This document shows, in pieces, positions 56,815-64,000 of a stretch of 64,000 nucleotides of DNA. The stretch spans positions 10,243 through 74,242 of the forward strand of contig JBKCNM010000089.1 in NCBI GenBank assembly GCA_046297395.1. Direction: 5' to 3'. How positions within the stretch are numbered: the first letter of the stretch is position 1; each line of letters starts with the position of its first letter. The notes beneath the pieces were generated by a model. That model was not told the origin of the DNA, did no database searches, and was given only the letters and a program-made list of their open reading frames with translations. The position numbers and the translations under genes were made by a program. This DNA comes from Bacteroidota bacterium. Lineage in GTDB: Bacteria; Bacteroidota; Bacteroidia; UBA4408.

Positions 56815-58554
56815 TTAAGAGTAAATGGTTTTAAAGGCCGGGTCTGAGGATGCCTCCTGCCAGGTCATGGTTTTTCTTACTGCGCCATCTTCAATCCACA
56901 CAATCTTATCACACTGTTTGAGCAAGAGTTCATCATTGGTTGATACAATCACCGACCATGGCTTATCGGGAGAGAACAACCAAGCGGCAATTTCACTCTT
57001 TTCTTCCCGCTCAAGAGTCGTGATAAAATCATCGAGCAACACCAGTCCGGGTTCTTTCAGTAAGCTTCTTACCAAAATAATTTTGCTGAGAATATTCCTT
57101 GGGAATTTTCTGCCTTCAGGATCCATGATGGTTTCAAAGCCTTCGGGAAGAGACTGTATAAATGGTGTAAGATGAAAACGATCGCACAGTTCAATCACCT
57201 TGTCCATTCCGATGCCCTCCCTGTTCATGGTAAGATTTTGTAAAAGGGTCGCCCTGAAAACATCTTGCTGAGAGAGGTTGTCGCCAATAAGCATGCGAAG
57301 GGAAGGTGCATCTATATTCCGCAAAGGAATCCTGTTGATGCTGATGTCTCCCTCATAATTTCCGTAAAAACCACATATCAGGTCGATGAGCGTACTCTTT
57401 CCAGATCCGTTTAAACCGGTAATCGCTACTTTTTCTCCTGCTTTCACATCAAAACTGATGTCGCGGATGGCAAATCCCGTTCGTCCCGGAAACTGATAAG
57501 AAACATGATGAACCTGTACTTCCAGGCCTTTTGCAGAGGACTCTTTTTGCAATGTGATGCCGCCGGGTTCTTCAACAGGAATATCGGTTACATATCCAAT
57601 TTTCTCAAGCGCTACAAGGGTATCATAAACAGTATCCATACTGTAAATAGCCTTTTCTACTGCACCGGCAAGTGAGAGCACAATAAGTTCTGCAGCCACA
57701 AACTGTCCGATATTGATTTGTTTGTCGATAACCAATAAACTTCCGAGAATAAGCAAACAGGCTACGATAATTGCCTTGAATGCAATCTCGGAGCGGAAAA
57801 ATGTTTTCATCACCTGATAAAATCGTTTGCGGGCATCAATGTATCGAGATACATGATGGTTCATTTCTTCCATGGCCAGTGCATCTCTGCCACTGAGTTT
57901 AAAAGTTCCCATGGTTCTTGCCACCTCCTCAATCCATGCCGCTGTCTCGTACTTGTAATGCGAAGCCTCCATCCCGGCCTTGAGGCCACCCAAAAAACTG
58001 AAACGGAAGATCAGATAAAGAATCCCAACCAATACCACACCAAAGAGTAAAAACAAGGGATGATAAAAAGCCAGGACGAGCAAACTGAAAAAAATCTGAA
58101 CAGAAGATGTTGTAAACTCAATCAAAAGCTTTTCAATCCCCTTCTGGATATTCATGACATCAAAAAAACGATTGATCAGTTCGGGGGGATAATACTTGTG
58201 AAGCAGATCCATTTTAAACCTCGGTATCCTGTAGATGAATTCAAAAGCTGCTCTTGCGAAGATTTTCTGCCTGAGTGTTTCGATGATGTTTTGTTGAAGG
58301 ATTTTGAGCACCCCGCTGAAAATAATTCCTGCAAGAATCAAAAAGATAAGGATGCCCCAGCTGGTAGATACCTGCTGAGAGGAAATGATGCCAATAATGG
58401 ATTGAACACCCAAAGGCAGGATCAAAGAGATGATTCCGCCAAGAATGGCATATACATAGATGTAATAGATTTCTCGCTTGTCGGCAGACAGCATCCTGAA
58501 CAAACGCCTGATTGATGAAGCTGCGTAATTGATATTACCGGAGACGGCGCCCAT
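56815..58554 (-). CDS. ABC exporter (6-TM transmembrane domain + nucleotide-binding domain) with a degenerate catalytic nucleotide-binding domain
   Basis: 579 aa. Walker A is intact (GLNGSGKST). The signature is replaced (FPRNILSKIILVRSL in place of LSGGQ...). Walker B reads 'LVLLDD-F', with Asp where the catalytic Glu is expected. The H-loop position reads 'VSTND', with no His. There is no C39 peptidase domain. The stop lies 8 nt upstream of the hlyD start. Confidence 0.8.
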   Translation of the reverse strand: MGAVSGNINYAASSIRRLFRMLSADKREIYYIYVYAILGGIISLILPLGVQSIIGIISSQQVSTSWGILIFLILAGIIFSGVLKILQQNIIETLRQKIFARAAFEFIYRIPRFKMDLLHKYYPPELINRFFDVMNIQKGIEKLLIEFTTSSVQIFFSLLVLAFYHPLFLLFGVVLVGILYLIFRFSFLGGLKAGMEASHYKYETAAWIEEVARTMGTFKLSGRDALAMEEMNHHVSRYIDARKRFYQVMKTFFRSEIAFKAIIVACLLILGSLLVIDKQINIGQFVAAELIVLSLAGAVEKAIYSMDTVYDTLVALEKIGYVTDIPVEEPGGITLQKESSAKGLEVQVHHVSYQFPGRTGFAIRDISFDVKAGEKVAITGLNGSGKSTLIDLICGFYGNYEGDISINRIPLRNIDAPSLRMLIGDNLSQQDVFRATLLQNLTMNREGIGMDKVIELCDRFHLTPFIQSLPEGFETIMDPEGRKFPRNILSKIILVRSLLKEPGLVLLDDFITTLEREEKSEIAAWLFSPDKPWSVIVSTNDELLLKQCDKIVWIEDGAVRKTMTWQEASSDPAFKTIYS

Positions 58555-58857
58555 AATTTGTTAGATCCGGAATGAAGTGTGAGCTTAAAACGATGCGATT
58601 GGTGTTGATTTCTGACCACCATGGTTTCTTGAAAACCTGCATCAGGATGAAATTATCCAGCGGCATTTTCTCAAAAGAAATTGCTTTTCCCGGCGAAAGG
58701 GCATTGCAACACTGGGGAATATTCATCACCGGCAAAAGTAAGGGTATTAGAACAACAATCTGATGGTCAGACCATGCGGATTTCCCTAATATTTGTCAAC
58801 AATGAATTGCGCATAACCTATTTTTCAGCGCAAAAACAAAACTCCACTTGTGTTTCA

Positions 58858-58865
58858 TACATTTG
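58858..58865 (+). promoter_or_regulatory. Candidate -7 element TACATTTG (TAnnTTTG) 6 nt upstream of ATG 58872, which implies a leaderless or near-leaderless mRNA
   Basis: This octamer is identical to the one upstream of the cupredoxin gene. The in-frame ATG at 58848 lies inside this promoter-like sequence and is unlikely to be the start. Confidence 0.3.
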
Positions 58866-58871
58866 TGGGGT

Positions 58872-59561
58872 ATGCCAATCTACCGATTCAGATTTACGCT
58901 CGAAGAAAACGAAGATGTAGTCAGGGACATCGACATCAAACCCGCACAATCCTTTGAGTCTCTTGGTCTCACTTTACAGCAATCGCTCAAACTACCGGGT
59001 ACTGCCGGGGGAGTATTTTACCGCAGTGACGATTATTTCAGAAAAGGGGAAGCCATTGAAATGCTTCACAAGGATGGAACAAAAAAGATGCGGGCTGCTT
59101 CCATTATGGATGAGGTAGAAGCGCCTCACCAAAAATTTTTATATCATCTTGACCCTGAACATTTAAACCATGTTTTTTGTGTGGAATTGTTCAAGATTAT
59201 CAAAGAGGAAAACCCAAAAACCATTTATCCTTTTTTGGTAAAAAGCATTGGAAACCTACCCAAGCCTTTGCTCAAAAATATAGCCCCGCCCCCTGTAGAT
59301 GAGGATGATTTGCGATCCTCTGACAGATTTTTTGAATTGCACCAGGAATCCACCATTGATGAGGAAGAAATTGTGGGTGACATGAACATCTCAGCAACTC
59401 CCGATCTGGATGTAAAAGAAGATGACGAGGATGGACTGGGCATCGGTATTCCTGTTGCCTCAGATGATGATGATGGCACTGAAGAAGGTGATCATGCTGA
59501 GGCAGAAGGGGAATATGGTGAAGACGCTTTCGGGGAATCCGAGAGAGAAGAAGATTATTGA
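58872..59561 (+). CDS. Hypothetical protein with a structured N-terminal domain and an extremely acidic C-terminal tail
   Basis: About 229 aa. The last ~80 aa are D/E-rich (DDDDGTEEGDHAEAEGEYGEDAFGESEREEDY). I cannot assign the N-terminal 140 aa to a family with confidence. Confidence 0.5.
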   Translation: MPIYRFRFTLEENEDVVRDIDIKPAQSFESLGLTLQQSLKLPGTAGGVFYRSDDYFRKGEAIEMLHKDGTKKMRAASIMDEVEAPHQKFLYHLDPEHLNHVFCVELFKIIKEENPKTIYPFLVKSIGNLPKPLLKNIAPPPVDEDDLRSSDRFFELHQESTIDEEEIVGDMNISATPDLDVKEDDEDGLGIGIPVASDDDDGTEEGDHAEAEGEYGEDAFGESEREEDY

Positions 59562-59572
59562 TCATTTCATCC

Positions 59573-60487
59573 ATGCAAACAACAGGGAAAGTTGTGGTGA
59601 TTGCCGGGGCAACGGCAAGCGGAAAAACCCTACTTACCCATGCTCTTGCCCTTCTGTACAAGGCACCCGTAATCTCAGCAGATTCGAGACAAGTTTTCAA
59701 AGAGTTGCACATTGGCACGGCACAGCCTGAGGCAAAACTAAGGGACGAGTTGCCTTATTTTTTTGTTGATTCATTGCCTCCCACAGCCCGATTTACCGCA
59801 ATGGATTTTGCCGCCGAAGCGCTCATCTTGCTGAATACACTCACAAAAAAGCACCCGGTGGTCTTTATCACAGGAGGGTCCGGCCTTTATCTGGATGCCT
59901 TGCTCTATCCAAAGCATCAATTGCCCGACAAGGATGAGGCTTACCGTGCCCGAATGAATGAGCAATTGGCTGAAGGCGGCCTGGGTTTGCTGAGCAAGAT
60001 GCTGCAGGAGCAAGATCCGGAAACAGCCCAAAAAACCGACCTGCAAAATCCCAGAAGAGTGATGCGAGCCCTTGAAATCCTTCATCTGATGGGAAACAAA
60101 AAACCTGAAATGCTGCCCCCTTTCCCTTATCCTTTCATCTATCTGGGGCTTGACCCGGGCAGGGAAACCTTGTATGAAAATATCCATGTAAGGGTTGAGC
60201 AAATGCTTGCAAGAGGGTTGGTGGAAGAGGTCAGGAACCTGCTTGCCTACAGGGATTGCCAGGCCCTGCAAACTGTGGGTTACAAAGAGATACTGGATTA
60301 CTTAGATGGCAGATTGAGCCTCCCCGAGGCCGTTGATAAAATCAAACAACACACCCGTAACTATGCCAAAAGGCAGATGACATGGTTCAAGAAAAACCGC
60401 GAAATTCAATGGTTTCATCCGGAGCAATTTGATGATATCAAGACGGTAGTTTCTGCCTTTGCCGGCAAGGACGGGATGAGCACCTGA
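59573..60487 (+). CDS. miaA: tRNA dimethylallyltransferase
   Basis: P-loop (GATASGKT), substrate region (ISADSRQVFKELHIGTAQP), and MiaA C-terminal helices. The ATG start is internal to the listed ORF, whose first codon is TTG at 59558. Confidence 0.9.
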   Translation: MQTTGKVVVIAGATASGKTLLTHALALLYKAPVISADSRQVFKELHIGTAQPEAKLRDELPYFFVDSLPPTARFTAMDFAAEALILLNTLTKKHPVVFITGGSGLYLDALLYPKHQLPDKDEAYRARMNEQLAEGGLGLLSKMLQEQDPETAQKTDLQNPRRVMRALEILHLMGNKKPEMLPPFPYPFIYLGLDPGRETLYENIHVRVEQMLARGLVEEVRNLLAYRDCQALQTVGYKEILDYLDGRLSLPEAVDKIKQHTRNYAKRQMTWFKKNREIQWFHPEQFDDIKTVVSAFAGKDGMST

Positions 60488-60541
60488 ATTTGATCGTACG
60501 GACATGCGGGCAATCCGCCGGAAATGGTATTTTTGCCGACC

Positions 60542-61348
60542 ATGTTCAAGTCTACCCCCCTCATTGTTTTGCTGGCCGCTATACTCTGGCTTTCATGGGC
60601 GGGCTGTTCCAAATACCAGAAAATTTTAAAAAGTTCAGACTACAACCTGAAATTCAAAAAAGCAAAGGAATACCTTGATAAAAAAGACTATGTAAGGGCA
60701 TTGCCGCTTTACGAAGAGCTCATGACGGTATTCAGAGGCACGAGCAAGATGGAGGAATGTTTGTTTTATTTTGCCTACTGCAACTACGGCATAGAAGATT
60801 ATGTGCTTGCCAGCTATCATTTTAAAAATTTCTACAAGTCCTTTCCGAAAAGCGACAAAGCGGAGGAGGCTATGTTTCTGAATGCCTATTGTTTCTATCT
60901 TGATTCACCCAGATTCTCGCTGGACCAAACCAGCACCATTGATGCCATCAATGAGTTTCAGCTTTTTGTAACCATGTTTCCGGTCAGCACCCGCATTGGT
61001 GAGTGCAATGAAATCATTGACAAACTCCGGCTCAAGCTTCAGGTAAAAGCCTTTGAGACAGCAAAAATGTATTTTCATATGGAGGACTACAAGGCCTCAG
61101 TTGCCTCCTTTAAAAACCTCATCAAGGAGTTTCCCGAAAGTAAATTCAGAGAAGAAGCCCAGTTTTTGATGCTAAAATCTCAGTATTTACTGGCAAAAAA
61201 TAGCATCGAGGCCAAGCAAGCAGAGCGATATGAAGAGGCAATCAAATTTTATTATACCTTTGTCGACGCTTTTACGGGCAGCAAATGGAGCAAAGATGCA
61301 GAAACCATCTTTGAAAACTGCCGCCGAAACCTGAAAGCGAAAACCTGA
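60542..61348 (+). CDS. bamD: Outer membrane protein assembly factor BamD (TPR lipoprotein)
   Basis: Lipobox (LSWAGCS) and TPR repeats. The gene order bamD-rpoZ-coaBC is conserved in Bacteroidota. Confidence 0.8.
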   Translation: MFKSTPLIVLLAAILWLSWAGCSKYQKILKSSDYNLKFKKAKEYLDKKDYVRALPLYEELMTVFRGTSKMEECLFYFAYCNYGIEDYVLASYHFKNFYKSFPKSDKAEEAMFLNAYCFYLDSPRFSLDQTSTIDAINEFQLFVTMFPVSTRIGECNEIIDKLRLKLQVKAFETAKMYFHMEDYKASVASFKNLIKEFPESKFREEAQFLMLKSQYLLAKNSIEAKQAERYEEAIKFYYTFVDAFTGSKWSKDAETIFENCRRNLKAKT

Positions 61349-61361
61349 TTACGCACGCAAC

Positions 61362-61700
61362 ATGAGTACTTCAAAAAAAAACCAGCCTGAATCCACCACA
61401 ATTACAAGGGATTTGAACCTGCTCGAAACAGCTACCGGCAATGTATATGAGAGCATCTCCATCATCTCCAAGAGGGCGAATCAAATCAGCAGTGAAATCA
61501 AGGAAGAATTGTCCGGTAAACTGGAAGAATTTACTTCTCACTCCGACAACCTCGAGGAAGTTTTTGAAAACCGCGAGCAGATAGAAATTTCCAAGCATTA
61601 CGAAAAAATGCCAAAGCCTTCTTTGTTGGCCATTAACGAGTTTCTGGAAGACAAAGTATATTTTCGTAATCCTGCCAGGGAAACAGGCGAAACCAACTGA
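61362..61700 (+). CDS. rpoZ: DNA-directed RNA polymerase subunit omega (long Bacteroidota form)
   Basis: 112 aa. 'NVYESISIISKRANQI' matches the omega core helix. Its position between bamD and coaBC also supports the call. Confidence 0.7.
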   Translation: MSTSKKNQPESTTITRDLNLLETATGNVYESISIISKRANQISSEIKEELSGKLEEFTSHSDNLEEVFENREQIEISKHYEKMPKPSLLAINEFLEDKVYFRNPARETGETN

Positions 61701-61708
61701 TTCGTATC

Positions 61709-62917
61709 ATGTCGGAAAAACTCTCCGGCAAGCGAATTCTGCTGGGCGTAACAGGTGGTATTGCTGCCTACAAAATCCCCAACCTTGTTAGACTTTTAAA
61801 AAAAGAAGGTGCCCTTGTCAGGGTCATCCTCAGTCCTTCTGCATCCTGGTTTGTTGCCCCAAAAGCATTGAGCGTCGTTTCAGAAAACCCGGTATGGGAG
61901 CACTTTTTTGATCCGCATACCCAAACCTGGAACAACCATGTTGAAGCTGCTCTCTGGGCGGATGTTATTCTTGTTGCTCCATGCACTGCATCTACCCTGT
62001 CTAAACTTGTGCAGGGTTATTCAGACAATCTATTGGTCACCACACTGATGTGCTCCAGATGTCCTGTTCTTATTGCTCCTGCCATGGACCTGGATATGTT
62101 CAAACAGGAATCGGTGCAACAAAACCTGCAAATACTTGCCTCAAGAGGCATGCGCATCATTGAACCGGAAACAGGTGCGCTCGCCAGTGGTCTGCATGGC
62201 AAAGGCCGCATGCCCGAACCGGAAACGCTTTTTCATGAGGTGTATAAGACCTGTGTGTACCGTTCAGTTTTTGCCGGCAAAAAGGTACTTATTACGGCAG
62301 GACCCACCCACGAGTATATTGACACCGTAAGATACATTGGAAATGCCTCTTCAGGTAAAATGGGATATGCGCTTGCATCTGCCTTTCAGGGCATGGGTGC
62401 TGATGTTGAGTTGCTGAGTGGACCCGTAGCACTTGAAAATCCTGAGGGTATCAATACCACGAGGGTGACATCGGCACAAGAAATGTTTGAAGCCTTTACA
62501 GGCATGATGCCCAAGGCGGATGTAATTGTTTGCGCAGCTGCAGTAAGCGATTACATGCCCCTGGAAAAACGCACTCACAAAATAAAAAAAACAAGTGCAT
62601 CATTGACCCTTGCGCTCACAAAAACTCCCGATCTGCTGAAGTATGCGGGAGAGCATCGCATCAAAGAACAATACCTTGCAGGATTCGCCCTTGAATCGGA
62701 AAATGAAATGCAACATGCAACAGAGAAGCTAACTGCAAAAAAAGCTGATCTCATTGTCTTAAATTCGCTGAATGACAAGGGTGCAGGATTTGGAACAGAT
62801 ACCAACAAAGTTTCGCTCATTTCGCACAATAATACACTTCATACAGGGTTACTTTCAAAATCAGAAATCGCATGGGAGATAGGCCTTTACATAGCAAGAG
62901 AAAAGGGACTTTTATGA
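61709..62917 (+). CDS. coaBC: Bifunctional phosphopantothenoylcysteine decarboxylase / phosphopantothenate-cysteine ligase
   Basis: 402 aa with an N-terminal flavoprotein domain (ILLGVTGGIAAYK) and a C-terminal DFP/CoaB domain (ITAGPTHEYIDTVRYIGNASSGKMG). Confidence 0.9.
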   Translation: MSEKLSGKRILLGVTGGIAAYKIPNLVRLLKKEGALVRVILSPSASWFVAPKALSVVSENPVWEHFFDPHTQTWNNHVEAALWADVILVAPCTASTLSKLVQGYSDNLLVTTLMCSRCPVLIAPAMDLDMFKQESVQQNLQILASRGMRIIEPETGALASGLHGKGRMPEPETLFHEVYKTCVYRSVFAGKKVLITAGPTHEYIDTVRYIGNASSGKMGYALASAFQGMGADVELLSGPVALENPEGINTTRVTSAQEMFEAFTGMMPKADVIVCAAAVSDYMPLEKRTHKIKKTSASLTLALTKTPDLLKYAGEHRIKEQYLAGFALESENEMQHATEKLTAKKADLIVLNSLNDKGAGFGTDTNKVSLISHNNTLHTGLLSKSEIAWEIGLYIAREKGLL

Positions 62918-63807
62918 TGCAAAAATGGATCCTGCTGCTGCTCCTCTCAGGAACATGTTCCATGCAAGCCCAGGAACTTAATTGCTCTGTTACCATTAAT
63001 GCCCAGCAATCGCAAGGTACCGACAGAAGGGTATATGAAACGCTGAAAAATGCGATAACCGAATTCATGAACAACACCAAATGGACGAATGATCTATTTA
63101 AATCGGAAGAGAGGATAGAATGTGCGCTCAGCATTACGATTACCAATCGTAAATCAATTGAAGAATTTGATGCCGGAGTGGTTGTCACAGCACGGCGCCC
63201 CGTTTACAAAACCAATTATACCTCCCTGCTTTTGAATTTTACAGATCCTGATTTTTCCTTCAGGTATGTTGAGTTTCAGCCGCTGGAGTTCAACGAAAAT
63301 ACTTTTACCAGCAACCTCACCTCCATGCTGGGATTTTACGCTTACATTATCCTTGGTATCGACTACGACAGTTTTTCTCAGGAAGGTGGTACTGTTTTTT
63401 TTCAGAAAGCACAAACCATCATGAACAATGCACAAAATACACCCGACAGAGGGTGGAAGGCATTCGACGGAACAAAAACGAGATATTGGCTGGCCGAGGG
63501 ATTTGTAAACGGTAATTTTAAAGCCCTTCGTCAGACCTATTATAAATATCACCGCAAGGGCCTTGATGTAATGGCTACCGATCCGGAAGGAGGCAGGGCT
63601 GCCATCGCAGAAGCACTCGACAACCTAAAAATCGTGCACAACATTGTTCCCGGTTCATTTATGATGCAACAATTTTTTTGGGCAAAGGCTGATGAAGCAG
63701 TCAATTTGTTTACGCCATCACCTCCCGATCAAAAAAACAAAATCAACACCCTCCTCAATACGATTGATCCGGGGAATGGCGCCAAGTACCAAAAATTAAC
63801 CCAGTAA
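62914..63807 (+). CDS. DUF4835-like secreted protein
   Basis: Signal peptide (MMQKWILLLLLSGTCSMQAQ). It sits between coaBC and recN, as is conserved in Bacteroidota. The family name is from memory. The ATGs overlap the coaBC stop. Confidence 0.5.
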   Translation: MMQKWILLLLLSGTCSMQAQELNCSVTINAQQSQGTDRRVYETLKNAITEFMNNTKWTNDLFKSEERIECALSITITNRKSIEEFDAGVVVTARRPVYKTNYTSLLLNFTDPDFSFRYVEFQPLEFNENTFTSNLTSMLGFYAYIILGIDYDSFSQEGGTVFFQKAQTIMNNAQNTPDRGWKAFDGTKTRYWLAEGFVNGNFKALRQTYYKYHRKGLDVMATDPEGGRAAIAEALDNLKIVHNIVPGSFMMQQFFWAKADEAVNLFTPSPPDQKNKINTLLNTIDPGNGAKYQKLTQ

Positions 63808-63810
63808 TCC

Positions 63811-64000
63811 ATGCTGCACCAACTGTCTATCTCCAATTATGCGCTGATTGATCGCATGGAAATTGACTTCCGCAAGGGACTTACCATTATTACAGGTGAA
63901 ACCGGAGCAGGCAAATCCATTCTCCTCGATGCACTTTCCTTGCTTACCGGGCAGAGAGCAGATACATCTGTGCTTCAGGACAAACAAAGAAAATGTGTGG
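63811..64000 (+). CDS. recN: DNA repair protein RecN, N-terminal fragment (continues beyond the window)
   Basis: MLHQLSISNYALIDRMEIDFRKGLTIITGETGAGKSILLDAL, the canonical RecN N-terminus with Walker A. Confidence 0.85.
   Translation, partial: MLHQLSISNYALIDRMEIDFRKGLTIITGETGAGKSILLDALSLLTGQRADTSVLQDKQRKCV

Noticed and set aside
1-64000. Mobile elements, integrases, phage genes, restriction-modification, toxin-antitoxin or other defence islands
   Set aside because: I found no transposase DDE motifs, tyrosine or serine recombinase motifs, terminal inverted repeats, or tRNA integration sites. Gene content is overwhelmingly core metabolism and repair, so I do not report any mobile or defence element.

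Overview
This 64 kb window looks like a chromosomal housekeeping segment from a member of Bacteroidota. The phylum call rests on T9SS C-terminal sorting domains, TAnnTTTG -7 promoter motifs, a long S16 with an A/E/K-rich tail, and the bamD-rpoZ-coaBC-DUF4835-recN gene order. Genes are densely packed on both strands with many 1-23 nt overlaps.

The recognisable genes fall into these groups:
- DNA repair and recombination: uvrC, ruvB, radC, recA, recG, and the start of recN.
- Nucleotide and cofactor metabolism: purL, guaA, upp, gmk, hemF, coaBC, kdsA, rpe, queG, miaA, and an IscS-like cysteine desulfurase.
- Translation and transcription: rpsP, a SUI1/YciH factor, rpoZ.
- Envelope: bamD, a TlpA-like oxidoreductase, an LpxH-like phosphoesterase, two LysM repeats, a rhomboid protease.
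- Glycosyltransferases: one GT4 enzyme and three polytopic GT-C-type enzymes. One has the GT22 HKExRF motif and two are ArnT/PMT-like.
- A partial di-heme cytochrome c peroxidase gene runs off the 5' edge of the window.

I found no transposase, integrase, CRISPR array, rRNA or tRNA. The points most worth a second look are:
1. A ~1.2 kb AT-rich stretch with no credible ORF (11.7-12.9 kb), next to a secreted pseudoazurin-like cupredoxin that carries a T9SS sorting domain.
2. A five-gene minus-strand operon (ABC exporter, HlyD, TolC, a small PII/CutA-like protein, TetR). Its ABC nucleotide-binding domain has a degenerate signature motif, Asp in place of the catalytic Glu, and no H-loop His.
3. 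A tightly overlapped DinB_2, lipoprotein, cysteine desulfurase triplet.
4. A beta-propeller/Y_Y_Y sensor fused to a PP2C phosphatase.
5. A protein with an extremely acidic tail, driven by a candidate leaderless promoter just upstream of miaA.

No canonical defence or mobile island is visible. The hunt section reports what the sequence supports and leaves the rest as open questions.
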